A stretch of DNA of 64,000 bases. It comes from Antedon mediterranea. Its lineage: Eukaryota > Animalia > Echinodermata. The DNA is taken from contig NC_092672.1 in NCBI RefSeq assembly GCF_964355755.1, positions 496,001-560,000 of the forward strand. Reading direction: 5' to 3'. Each line of letters starts with the position of its first letter. Position 1 is the stretch's first letter. A model generated the notes under the pieces. That model worked only from the letters and a program-made list of their open reading frames with translations, was not told the origin of the DNA and ran no database searches. Made by a program: the position numbers and the translations under genes. This document shows positions 27,151 to 38,881 of the stretch, one piece after another.

Positions 27151-27788
27151 TTAGAACACCCTAACCACCCAGACCATTCAACAACCTGACTCTGCAACAG
27201 TGTATAATAGGAATTAATAACTATATTTTAATTCGTTACTTTGACGAATTACTATTCATTATAATTGTAAACAAAAGTAAAAGATTGAACATAAATATAG
27301 CCTGGTATAAACTGAAGATTGTCACACATGATCATAGGATAGTCGAACGTATTATATAGTACTCCCTGTATTTACTGTAAAGACTGGGTTCGCTAATAAT
27401 AATAATAATTTTTGCGTCAGGACAATGCTTCGATAACCACTGGTCTTAAAAGAATTAATTTTTGTCTCAAATTCGTCATATATGTATTTTTGTACACTTG
27501 AAGAATAATATCACTTTTGATATTTGACCTCAATGTTCACTCACCGAATAAACGTCGATCTTTAAATAAATTCCCCTCAAATAAACGGTGACCATGTCAT
27601 AATCGGCGTCTATTTCCATTAGATTATACCCCCTCCCATTGAATAAACAACTTTCTTCCAATAAATGTCAACCTAAAAACCACCTAAACAATAAACAGCC
27701 CAGGCCGTTTTTTTCAATAAATACGGTACTTTAAATCTAGCACATCTAGGGTCTAGCGTGCTGTTAAACAGAATAATCGGTTAAAAAC

Positions 27789-28193
27789 GGGTGTTTCGAA
27801 ACTAGAGACCCGAGACCCAATACGAAAAGGGAGACCTAAATATACGAAAAGGGAGACCCACGTACGAAAAGGGAGACCCCACTATACGAAAAGGGAGACC
27901 CCACTATACGAAAAGGGAGACCCTAATATACGAAAAGGGAGACCTAAATATACGAAAAGGAAGACCCAATTATACGAAAGGGAGACCCAAATATACAAAA
28001 TGGGAGACCCAAATATACGAAAAGGGAGACCCACTATAAGAAAAGGGAGACCCCACTATACGAAAAGAGAGACCCCACTATACGAAAAGGGAGACCCTAA
28101 TATACGAAAAGGGAGACCCAAATATAGGTCTCCCTTTTCGTATTGGGTCTCGTGTCATGTCTCTGGTCTCGGGTCTCTAGTTTCCAAACACCC
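27789..28193. mobile_element. MULE-like MITE with internal ~26-bp tandem repeat (TACGAAAAGGGAGACCC...)
   Basis: TIR GGGTGTTT(C/G)GAAACTAGAGACCCGAGACC, 9-bp TSD GTTAAAAAC both sides. Confidence 0.85.
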
Positions 28194-28255
28194 GTTAAAA
28201 ACAGATGATTTCATTTTTACAGAAACCGGTCCTATATATTTGTCTACTTTTGGAT

Positions 28256-28457
28256 GGGGGAGGGGGGGTAGTTGCCCGGGGGGTAGTTATCCTAAGGGGG
28301 TAGTTGTCCTAAGGGGGTGGTTGTCCGGGGGGTAGTTGTCCGGGGGTTGTTATCCTAAGGGGGTAGTTGTCCTAAGGGGGTAGTTGTCCTAAGGGGGTAG
28401 TTGTCCGGGTGGTAAACATCCGGGGGTAACTGTCTAGGGGGTAGGTGTCCTAGAACC
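28256..28457 (+). repeat. G-rich minisatellite (GGGGTAGTTGTCC)n
   Basis: Direct tandem copies. Confidence 0.9.
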
Positions 28458-29090
28458 TAAAACATGATATGGTTACACCCAGAATGTTTTAATATACTTT
28501 TCGCCCGTCAAAAATAACATCGCGACAATAATATAGCAGATCGCCAGCTGCAGTAGTAGAGTGTGATCCTGAAAAATGTCACGTGATCATACTCCCTAGC
28601 AAAATAAAAACCCAATTGGACCCGAACGGAGGAAAGTGTCTATTAACGCAAAATTGCGCAATTTATAGGCGATAAAAATACCAGAAATAGAAAGATCTGG
28701 AAAAATTACATAAAAAAACATTTTGATTTTTTTTTAAGTGAAGAAATACATTTTTTATGATTATTCAAATATACACCTCTTTTGCATGTAAAAGAATAGG
28801 AAATTACAAGGTATCCCCGCAAAACGCAAAAAGGCGTGATTTTCAAGAAAATCGTACTCATTGAAAAAAAATTCAAAAAAATATGAAGTATGAGGGATGA
28901 TATTTTAAAATAATAGTTTATTTAGAAATTTTCTGGGTGGAGCTCCACTTTTTAATGAAATCGCACGCCGCAACCACGGCGGAGAGAGGCCTAGAATAGA
29001 CACGTTTCGCGCTCGCGAGGTCACCGTCAGTTTGACCTTTTAGTGGGTATACAATGGTAAACAAACACAGCGAGAGGTAGGCCTATGTTA

Positions 29091-29465
29091 AGCCGATTTT
29101 CCACTAGGCGAATTTGTTCGCGCGAATCCAACGTTTCGAAGAGAAAAAAATCGCCTACTCTCTTTCCACTACATGAGCGAATAGCTGCGACGTTCATGTT
29201 CCTCGCGTGGTTGCTGAGCATTTCGATTCGCATGAGTGCTCATGAAAGCGTCATAGCTCATTTCCTGAGCTCTGATTGGTTGCGCAATATTTCGCTTCGC
29301 AAAAAGTAGAAACAATTCGAACTAGTAAATTTCGCTGAAGCGAAAAATCAAAGGAACTAGAATTCGTCGAAGAAGGCAGTATGACAGACAGAAACGCGAA
29401 TACGCATGTGCATAGCATGACGCTTTCGATTCGCGCGAACAAATTCGCCTAGTGGAAAATAGGCT
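29091..29465. mobile_element. PIF/Harbinger-like MITE
   Basis: TIR AGCC(G/T)ATTTTCCACTAGGCGAATTTGTTCGCGCGAATC, TTA TSD. Confidence 0.85.
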
Positions 29466-31249
29466 TTAAAGCATGGGAGAACTGAGAGATGATCATCTTA
29501 AAAAGCAATCGTCAAAACTAGCCTTTGATGGAATGGCATGGTAAGGATGTTATTTATTTTCTAAACTTATGTTTTATATTCACTGTAGAATTATTTGGGC
29601 ATTTGCTTCGGAATCATCGACTTTATTTATGTATTGTCATTTTTGGTTTGACACATATATATTTAGCCTATAATATTACGGTGCATTTAATACATGTTAA
29701 CTGTTGATTTTATTTACAAATGTTGCGTAAATATATTAATTATTATCTTTCATTCTTCTTCATGCTCCTATTGCATCTTCCATGTATTGTGATGTTCTTC
29801 GGCGCTTAAACAGACACCCAAGCCTCCTAGGGGCCTAGGCCTAGTAGACGAAGTACCGCATCAGGCAACGCCACCGGGCGGGCGGAGAGACACGAGCACA
29901 TCGTGGACGTACCTTTCCTTGAAAAATTTCCAAGATTTTGCGCCACTATCCTTCGGAGCCGACGCAAACCACTCAGCAAGTGTTGGAAAATTAAAAACAG
30001 GAATATTATTCAGTGATTTTGTGTAGTTAAATTCACGATTTATCCAACATACATATACAACATTTATGCACCTTGCAACAAAAGCACTCGACAGTCGCCA
30101 TTTCTCAATGCTTCAACACGCACTAAAGGCGAGAGAGGTGTTCGGTTTGTTTACAAATCTATACCAAAGAATATATATCACAAGAATGAGTATTCCGCGA
30201 TTTTTGCATGAGAAATTTGTAACAGAGAGCTCCAGAGAGTGATGCCCGCCCTCATAAGGGCGGATGTATACATACTAAATAAGACTTGATTTAATAGATA
30301 TTATACATGTCACATTAAATAGAATTATGATAATATATATATTTCGCAATTGTAAACTATTTTATAATACATATTTATTAACAAACTAGTGTACATTCAC
30401 TTTTACAGACAATTATTTACTAACATGCTAAATTAGTTCACAAAAAAGGCCTAACACAGCAACACCAAAATCAACAAATCGTTACTCAGCACTGGCCTAT
30501 TCTTTACCATTGCCGCGTACTACTCTACGCCCGGTAAATTAAGTATTGTTTTTATGATATAAATTAGTATAAAATACATGTTATTAATAGGATAAAATGT
30601 TAAATGTCATTAACATTTATTTGTTTTACCAGAAACAAGTTAAATATAGGAATATTATTAAACTATCCTACGTGAAAACGCGTAAACACCAACACGCCCG
30701 GTCACGCTATTGTAGCGCCCGGTTGATAAAGCAAACTGTTTATACGGCAGTTTTTACTAAATAAATTGCATAAAACGAACAATTAAATATCCAAATAGTA
30801 TTTAACATGATGTTGGCATGTAGTTGATAACATTTTTTATCATGAAAATACTACCGGTGGTCCAGCCTTTGATTTGTGAAACCGTCACAAAAAGTTGTAT
30901 ACATCCCATATACATCCACACTTATGGCGGCGCCCTACCACATGGACAATATTACTGTTACAGGGAAAATCGCGGATTACTCATTCTTGTGATATATATT
31001 CTTTGTCTATACCCACTATTTCTGATTGGTCGCGAGCGCGAAACGTGTCTATTAGAATCGTATCGCAGTTATAATCACGCTTGGGTGCACACGGAACAAC
31101 AAAATTTAACTGCTGATGAATTATTCCTGTTTATTTTGTGACGTTTCACGAGAAAAAGCTCGCATCCAAGGCCCTCATTATTGTTGTCATGGTATCATTC
31201 ATATGTATATTACATGATTGAATACTAATTGTGTTTATCTATTGTAGCA

Positions 31250-31346
31250 TATGGAACGTCGTTTACGCAACATTTTGATGATATGAATTTTATGAAAATT
31301 TTATAAAATTCATATCATTGAAATGTTGCGTAAACGGCGTTCCATA
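31250..31346. mobile_element. 97-bp palindromic insertion with 6-bp TSD GTAGCA
   Basis: tatggaacgtcgtttacgcaacattt... mirrored to ...aaatgttgcgtaaacggcgttccata; gtagca at 31244-31249 and 31347-31352. Confidence 0.8.
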
Positions 31347-31517
31347 GTAGCAAATAAAACGTCACTTCGAAATTTCGCAATGGACAAACAAAATCATTTA
31401 TAAAGCCATGTTTTCCTGCGGCGACGTTATTCGATGCTATCGAAATTACCACTCTAGGCAATGATCAGTTTATACTAATTTTCGTAGCATTCTGGACACA
31501 TCTACTAGTCTTTAGCC

Positions 31518-32831
31518 ATGAATTCAATTCGTACGATATGCCTATATTACGTTATTGTTAATTGTGCTTTCTCAGAAAACCCATCTGAATCAACGAGAAC
31601 ATTGCAAGTACTTGTTGGAGAAAAAAACATTAAATTGAACTGTTTAGTTGTCGCCGTTAATGACGTCGCTTGGTATCATGTCAATGAATACAACGATGAC
31701 ACTCATCCAACTCAACTGAGTATCAACAAAACAACAACGTTTGAACAATATTTTGAACTTGCATATTATTATGAGCTGAAAACACATAATTATTGTCTTA
31801 TTATAAAACAGATTAGCCGAAATTTGGAAGGTTTGTACATCTGTAAACTAACATATAAATCAGTTGTTTCTACTGTAGCGAAAACAAATATCGAAGTGTA
31901 TGAGTTGCCTACTGACCCCAAGATAATTTGTGGCATAGAAACAACTGATCTTGTAGAAGGTAATATCGTTACTCTAAATTACACCATCTTTATTGGTGAC
32001 GTTCCAGCAAATGTTACAATCTTTATGTTGGATACCAAAGGAGATTGTTATGTTATGTACAACCTACCAAACAGTCAACTTAGTTTGGAAATTAGTGTAA
32101 CCCGTAACATGAACAGATTTCATTTCAGAGTTTCACATAACTTCCTTCAACAAAGTCTTGTCTGTGATACTCCACAACTTAATGTTAGATATTCACCACG
32201 GTTTGAAAGCATGATGCCCAGTACTTTAGAATATGACCACGGGGATCGTCTCAACATACCGATAAATGTTACTAATTCTTATCCCGCGGCAAACATCTCT
32301 TGGAATTGTTGGAGGAACATTAACATATTATTCGATTGTAGTCAAGCTGAATTAATGTCCAGTAAAATTCCAGGCATCTATAATTTATCTATAGACACAA
32401 GTTACTGTTCGGAGTTTATCATGACGTTGACCGCAACTAATACTTTAGGTAAAGATGTCCACAATGTTAGTTTAAATTGCAGTTACATCTATAATAAGGA
32501 CCATCGAAAACCTTTGAAAGTATCAATGTGTATTCTATGTCTACTACTAGTAGTGGTGGTATGCGGCCTGGTCTATAGATACAAACAATGGATAACCGAA
32601 CGATTGAGTAATGGTAGGTCGAGCTGGAGAGACATAATAACTCGTTGCTCTTTCCGTGTGCATGTAGAGTGTCGGACTGCTGTTGATGAGAAGATGTTGT
32701 CTGTTCATGAGGAGATGTTGCCTGTTGATGGGCAGATGTTGCCTGCTGTAAAGGAGTTGTCATCTGATGGTGAGGAGATGTTGCCTGTTGATGAGAAGAT
32801 GTTGCCTGTGAGGAGATGTTGCCTGCTGTAA
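31518..32831 (+). CDS. Single-exon type I membrane protein: signal peptide, three Ig-like domains, TM, acidic repeat tail (437 aa; original frame extends to 32998)
   Basis: LNC..VAWY..EGLYICK V-type domain, YSP linker, YPAANISW..ATNTLG I-set-like domain, TM ILCLLLVVVVCGLVY then RYK; acceptor ttttcgtag just upstream. Confidence 0.88.
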   Translation: MNSIRTICLYYVIVNCAFSENPSESTRTLQVLVGEKNIKLNCLVVAVNDVAWYHVNEYNDDTHPTQLSINKTTTFEQYFELAYYYELKTHNYCLIIKQISRNLEGLYICKLTYKSVVSTVAKTNIEVYELPTDPKIICGIETTDLVEGNIVTLNYTIFIGDVPANVTIFMLDTKGDCYVMYNLPNSQLSLEISVTRNMNRFHFRVSHNFLQQSLVCDTPQLNVRYSPRFESMMPSTLEYDHGDRLNIPINVTNSYPAANISWNCWRNINILFDCSQAELMSSKIPGIYNLSIDTSYCSEFIMTLTATNTLGKDVHNVSLNCSYIYNKDHRKPLKVSMCILCLLLVVVVCGLVYRYKQWITERLSNGRSSWRDIITRCSFRVHVECRTAVDEKMLSVHEEMLPVDGQMLPAVKELSSDGEEMLPVDEKMLPVRRCCLL

Positions 32832-32998
32832 AGGAGTCGATATCTGATGATGAGGAGATGTTGCCTGTTGATGAGGAGATGTTGCCTGCTGTAAAGGAGT
32901 CGATATCTGATGATGAGGAGATGTTACCTGTTGATGAGGAGATGTTACCTGCTGTAAAGGAGTCGACATCTGATGATGAGGAGATGTTGTCATGCTAA
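32678..32998 (+). repeat. Coding minisatellite, 21-bp subunits in a 63-bp higher-order unit (MLPAVKESISDDEE-MLPVDEE)
   Basis: gatgaggagatgttgcctg repeats; 4-nt deletion near 32810 shifts the frame. Confidence 0.92.
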
Positions 32999-33864
32999 AT
33001 TATAAGTATACGATTATTAGCAGACTGGTGGACATTAATTGTTGTTATGCAAGATTCCAATGGTGCACCCAAACTGAAACGTGAAATGTGTATGCACTGA
33101 AAATAGCGGTTGGTAATTTTATACTGATTTATAGTTCTATTATTCAATTAACTTGTACATACAGGTAATTATTGTATGCACTATTGCAAACAATTAATAC
33201 GATTAATTTTGTTGTTTAAAATAATTCAATTAATTTTAGTATCAATATTTAAAAAAATACTTTTAGACACACGACATCATTTACTATAACATCATTTAAA
33301 ATTGACATAGATGACGTTTTATTGGAAAGAGTTTGTAAATATACTGGTTATTGATGATAAAGATCAACTTACTGTAAAATAACCAATCAAATTTTCAATT
33401 TTAAACTTTATCTCTCACCACTACCAGTTCATCTACACTTAAAATATTGTAGCACTGCTTAGTCGAATCTGTTAACAATATTTTCGATTTAAAAACGTAG
33501 ATAAATAATTAATTGTTTCGTATGAATTTTATCGATTAATGTAGTTTTCAAATAACTTTATTAAAAAAGGTCTCCAATAGAGATATTTTAAATAATAAAA
33601 GTTACAAAAGGTGAATACTTTGAATAATTGATCTAAAACAATATTATAATAGTTTAAATGACCACCTGTTGCATTTGTAATAATAATAATAATAAATTGT
33701 CGCACTTTGTAAGAACTTGTTTAATTTGATTATTTCAAAACCTATATGAATGAATAACTGCAATGTGATTACGCGTTTATTAATACCTTTGCGGCTCGGC
33801 TTACTACCGCGACGCGGTATGATTCTATCAGAGTGTGCTCCAGGTCAATTAGCGTATTTGTAAT

Positions 33865-34601
33865 ATCGTATTAATTTATTCGAATAAAGCCTTCTCGAAT
33901 AAATACCACCGAACGTCATTTTAAAGAAATTCCCCCTCGAATAAACGTCCCCGGGACTCATAAATCATGAATAATTCATTAGAACAATTATGACGTAATA
34001 TATGGGACATTATAGAGGGAGGGCGCTATATAGGCATGGAGAGAAAATTAATAAATAAATTGTGTAAACAGCGTTTGCCAACCGAAATGTTTGGTTTAGT
34101 GGTAAAGGCTTAACATATTACGCTGGAGCCCTCGGTTTGAGGTCTATCAAGAACTTGTTTTTTTTTAATAGTTGCGAGAGATTATTTAGAGGGCTAGGTT
34201 TTGTATATTAAGGAAGTAGATCAGCTATCTTGCAAGTCTTTATAATAGAAAATAATTAAGCTAATGAATTATTCATCATTTCTGCCTTAACCTCATATGA
34301 AAAAAATAATGCCCCCGAGACATATGCATATTACAAAATATTGTATTTGTAGTGGAATTCATTGATTGACATAATCTACAATTGATCAAGCATTTCGATA
34401 CAATTTTTACTGTATTTTATCATTTCTCGATTAATTGTGTTTTCACATATATCTTATATTTATTATTTTATTAGGCCTATATCTTGTATTTATTTGATAT
34501 TACCATACAACCAAACAAATAAACGCCTCCCTCCAATAAACTTCCCTAAAAGCCCTCCTGAACAATAAACGCCCCGGGCGTTTATTCGAATAAATACGGT
34601 A
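33865..34601. mobile_element. Degenerate Tc1/mariner-type MITE (related remnant at ~27366-27728)
   Basis: Ends cgtatt..tattcgaataaa and tttattcgaataaatacggta with repeated aataaacg motifs. Confidence 0.55.
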
Positions 34602-35323
34602 ATACTCATTCAAGTACATAATAGCGCATCGATATTATTGACAGTTTGTTATAAAATCCGACAGGTATTACAAAGTACGACGATACAGAGTGCGACAGTA
34701 CAACAGAATCTAATTTGCTTACTCTATATAATAGTTTTCTGGTCATCTAAATCAATTTCAGTTTTGGCTGTTTGGCACACCCATTCTGGTCCACTACTGT
34801 GCGCCGTCATTGCTGGAGTCACCGTCTAAAAGGCATCTAAACACTATTATAGGTAATAGGAACTTGTTCTTCATTTTGTCTGTTCTCCTTTCTGTATGTT
34901 GTAAGCACTAATGTGCTCGTATATTATATTTTTAAAATGAATACCTGACGTTGGAACAGAAACAGGTCCAGAAAATGAATATTTATAAGAACCGCCTTAG
35001 GCCTAACTACTCATTTATAAAATCTGTGGGGTGAGGCCTGTTTCATTGATTAATACTTCACTGATGAGCATCCAGCGTTCTCAAGTTTCATTACGGCGCT
35101 TTTCTCTAAGCATGAATACAATTTCATTATGAGCTATCCGAGCGTGTAGAGATAAATGCGAGGTGTTTACAAATACGCCTGTTGGATTATTTATCCAATG
35201 GTGACACACCGTGTTAGCTAAATAGAAACTGAGAAGTCAATAATAAATTAAGTTGAAACTTTACCATTTTTCAATTATAGAAGTCAAAAGCGACTAAAAC
35301 AGTCATAAACATAAAACAGTAAC

Positions 35324-37123
35324 ATGAGGCTCAGCAAGAAATCTTCGTTTTTCTCATGCGTAATTTATTTGATATTAAAAGCTGAAGCAGCATATAACGT
35401 AACTGTAACGCCTTCAATGAATATTTTCACCGTATTTAGTACAGCAGAGCTTAGATGCGTAGTTCAAGACACGGAAGTATACGCAGTAAATTGGTTTAAA
35501 TCCAAGTATAAAATTATTGGAAATACAGATGTATTTGATCACACTTACTCTGTTGAGTGTAATTTCACAAGTAAAAGTTTCAAACTGTTAATTAATAAAG
35601 CTGCAGGATTTCATACTGGTATGTACACATGTGAAGTGTGTTTCGATTTGGAAAGAAAAACGTGTGCATTTAGCAATGTTGCAAATGTAACTGTATACCC
35701 GATTCCTGAAAGACCCAAATGCTCTGATGTTGAACACAATGTCAAAGAAGGGGAAGTCATACCTTTCGGGTGTTTTATGATTGGCGGTACACGCTTCCCA
35801 AGTATCTTGGAGGTATCCATTCTTTACAAAAACGGCACATCTCGACCAAACCTGTCGACCTCAACAGACAAAAGCATTTCACACAATATATCAATATCTT
35901 ACGATCTGAACAACGCTGTGTTGTGCTGCACTGCCAGATTTCCAATAATAAATACGACATTAAAGTGTTCAAGTGGGCCATTTAATGTCAGCTACTCTCC
36001 AAAATTTCTTTCAATGACCTACTCAATTGCTGACTCAACCAATGCACCAAGTAACGCATCTTTTACAGTGGCAATCTCATCCAATCCTGAAGCAATTGTG
36101 ACTTGGTCAAACTATGACGGACTTTTTATATACTGTAATGTATCTGAATCTGGAAATTGTAAGTTTTATGTATGTAATATCTATAATATTACAAACGGGA
36201 CAGACGTTATTATTTTAGCTGATAATCATTTTGGTAATATCAGTCAGTCGTTAAATTTGGTTTGGGATCACACTACAATTACACCTATCATAACTATAAA
36301 TACTAATTCTACAAATTATAAAATGGATTATGGTGATAATAAGTTTGCGATAACAATAACTGTTTCTGCTTCTTCAGTGGTGGTTGTGCTTGTTACGATT
36401 ATTATTATTATTGTAATAAAGAAAATCCGGAAGATGAGCCAAATCAAGAATCAAAATATTCGTCTTAATGTTATTGGCGTTTCATCCACACCCAGTCGGA
36501 CACAATCGGCAACACAACAACATATTTATGCAACAAAACTGTACAGAGTAAACAGTGCCGATAGTACAATAGGAGAAATAAATAAACAGGAAAGAAGACC
36601 AATGCAAATGGAAGGACTACCCAACATAGATCTCGGAGCACAAGACATGTTTGTAAATGAAATGTATTCTGAAAATTTAACATACAGTGAAATTGACCAT
36701 CCAATGACTGTAAATAAAGTCGGAGTGACTCGGACAATTGAAAGTGTTGATAACACCGAAGTAGTAAACAAGCATTTTACACAAACTACTGACAGTAAGA
36801 TAATACATAAACATAGGCCTAGAATTATTTGCATTCAACAATGCAAGTTTGACCATGTAATGATGAAGGAAAATCAACTAGAATGCTCACTTTGCCAAAA
36901 ACAATACCATAGACATTGTCTCAAAATAAAGTCAACCGCGACATCCCCCGAAACATGGTTGTGTCCATATTGCAATGATATTCAGGGTACTGTTAAATCT
37001 ATACTTCAGACCAGTTCGGATCAGCAGCAATTGATATCAGACATGGCTTGTAATATCGCTTCATTGACGGCAATGGTAAAAGAACAGAAAGATATGATTG
37101 CAAACCTACAAACCAGCAATTGA
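35324..37123 (+). CDS. Single-exon type I membrane protein: signal peptide, three Ig-like domains, TM, ITIM-like motif, PHD finger, coiled coil (599 aa)
   Basis: LRC..VNWF..TGMYTCE; GC..VLCCTA; YSP..SNPEAIVTW..ADNHFG; TM VVVVLVTIIIIIVI-KKIRK; LTYSEI; C4HC3 CIQQC..CSLC..YHRHC..WLCPYC at 36830-36973; acceptor caattatag at 35280. Confidence 0.92.
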   Translation: MRLSKKSSFFSCVIYLILKAEAAYNVTVTPSMNIFTVFSTAELRCVVQDTEVYAVNWFKSKYKIIGNTDVFDHTYSVECNFTSKSFKLLINKAAGFHTGMYTCEVCFDLERKTCAFSNVANVTVYPIPERPKCSDVEHNVKEGEVIPFGCFMIGGTRFPSILEVSILYKNGTSRPNLSTSTDKSISHNISISYDLNNAVLCCTARFPIINTTLKCSSGPFNVSYSPKFLSMTYSIADSTNAPSNASFTVAISSNPEAIVTWSNYDGLFIYCNVSESGNCKFYVCNIYNITNGTDVIILADNHFGNISQSLNLVWDHTTITPIITINTNSTNYKMDYGDNKFAITITVSASSVVVVLVTIIIIIVIKKIRKMSQIKNQNIRLNVIGVSSTPSRTQSATQQHIYATKLYRVNSADSTIGEINKQERRPMQMEGLPNIDLGAQDMFVNEMYSENLTYSEIDHPMTVNKVGVTRTIESVDNTEVVNKHFTQTTDSKIIHKHRPRIICIQQCKFDHVMMKENQLECSLCQKQYHRHCLKIKSTATSPETWLCPYCNDIQGTVKSILQTSSDQQQLISDMACNIASLTAMVKEQKDMIANLQTSN

Positions 37124-38881
37124 CAACATTCGAAATATGATTTTAATGCGATACAAATTAGACTGATAAATAACAATGTTAGAATATAGGGCTACCATGA
37201 AGAAGAGATTGCATCTCATCTATGCTATATAATATGCCTACGTTTTGAAAACATGAAAAAAAAAACTACTACGGTAAAATCTTATTTTAATCAATAGATG
37301 TACACCCTCAACAGACAAATAGCTGAAGAAAATATATAATTATCAGACTGCTGCTGAGACTTATGCGAGTATATTTGTAAATAATTATGTGTAAAATATA
37401 TATGCAAGTAAATCAGTAGTAAATGTAAATTTTCTTAGATTTTTTACGTGTAAAAAAATGAATACAGTGGAACATTATAAAATAATATTTAACCTATATA
37501 AACAATATTTCACAAATATTAAAAACGCCTATGCTCGGTAGCTTTAAGGTTCTGAATTAAAAAACAAAAAAAGTGAATAAAATCGTTAGACTTAGGCCTA
37601 TAGTGTAAATATATTTCCATAATTTCGTTGTCACATTAGGACAGCAAAAACGTTTTAATCCGCAACCGAGACCAGGCAATTGATGTTTTGTTTTTAATCG
37701 TTTTTTGTTTCATAGCAATTAAAAGAAATGAATATTCAAATATATTGAGTGGTTGTGATTTTCTGATTTGTGTATTAATGACATCACTAACAGCTAAAAG
37801 AAAACTTATATTGGGCCAAAATAAAAACAGAGGGCGCTATCACAGAAACTATCAGCACCTCATGTTTTATACCAATTAATAGAGGGCGGGCTATACATTG
37901 GTAAATGAAAACTATGGAACGCAAAGTGTGCCTTCAGTGAAAACGATAGTATCACAAAATCATTTAAACGGCAGTTACGTGTTTAATTTTTTTACTGACT
38001 GTGTAGAACATTTCCATTTGCGACAATCGTAAACGGTGAGCAGGTTGAGTCTTTGCGATGTATTTTGCATAATCTGCTCCTGCCCAGAATGTGTATACGT
38101 TGTTGTATTGTACATATGTTGAAATGATTTTGAACTACTGTACAATAGTTAGTACAGTACAATAGAATAGACAGGAAAACTACTATACACTACACACTTT
38201 TTGCCGTTCTTGCTATCAGTCTAAACTGCCATTGTGTCTCCGCTGTTGATTTGAAAATACAGTACAAAGAAAACCAGATTACAATATAGTACTGTCATTT
38301 AATGACGTACATATGACTTGCATTGCAGTGGTACCGATAGTGTAGAAGGTTTAAATGCAAATGTACAAGGGGTGGGTATAAACATGGAGTAAAGAATTAC
38401 TCCATGGTATAAATGGAAAAACTGTTTTTTGCAAACAATACAAAATAATATACAGAATACTTTCCACAAGTACTTTATTAGCTGTAATGCCAGTATACCT
38501 CTAAAATATTTACATCTCTACTGTCAATATAGATAAACATAAATTTATAAATAAGAAAATTGGGTTAAAATTATCCCCAAAATAAATCGTATTACTGTAT
38601 CTAACTGTAGATATCCAAAATGTGACCAATGTTTAAACAATTTTCAGAAACCCTTAATCCCATTAAATATGTACAATGATTTCAAAGACAAATATCTATA
38701 CATCTTCAAGCAAAGGGAAGAGATTTGAAAATGAGTCTTCCCATAAATTGTCACAGAAAGGACTAGCATCATTGCTTAGTGGTGAATTTGGAGCGTCACT
38801 GAAAGCTGAATCACCAGAGTCACTCATAGTAGAATACGATGGAGATGGTGATAGCGGATCAGTACTGTTAAGACCCAGCAA
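37032..38881. repeat. ~1.85-kb diverged direct duplication, copy 1 (copy 2 40593-42448)
   Basis: Collinear similarity from tgatatcagacatg to agacccagcaa with scattered substitutions and indels. Confidence 0.95.
38696..38881 (-). pseudogene. XBP1: Orphan duplicate of XBP1s C-terminus
   Basis: LGLNSTDPLSP..LWEDSFSNLFPLLEDV, same as 42263-42448 except last residue; cut by satellite. Confidence 0.9.

Noticed and set aside
27820-28125. CRISPR-like 26-bp repeats and 111-aa ORF at 28000
   Set aside because: No spacers; internal repeats of a MITE with TIRs and TSD; ORF is repeat translation.
28540-30880. Possible large Crypton/Academ-like element
   Set aside because: Looks TE-like but I could not define termini, TSD or coding remnants.
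32467-32993. Antisense Q/T/S/P/H-rich ORFs
   Set aside because: Reverse reading of the coding minisatellite.
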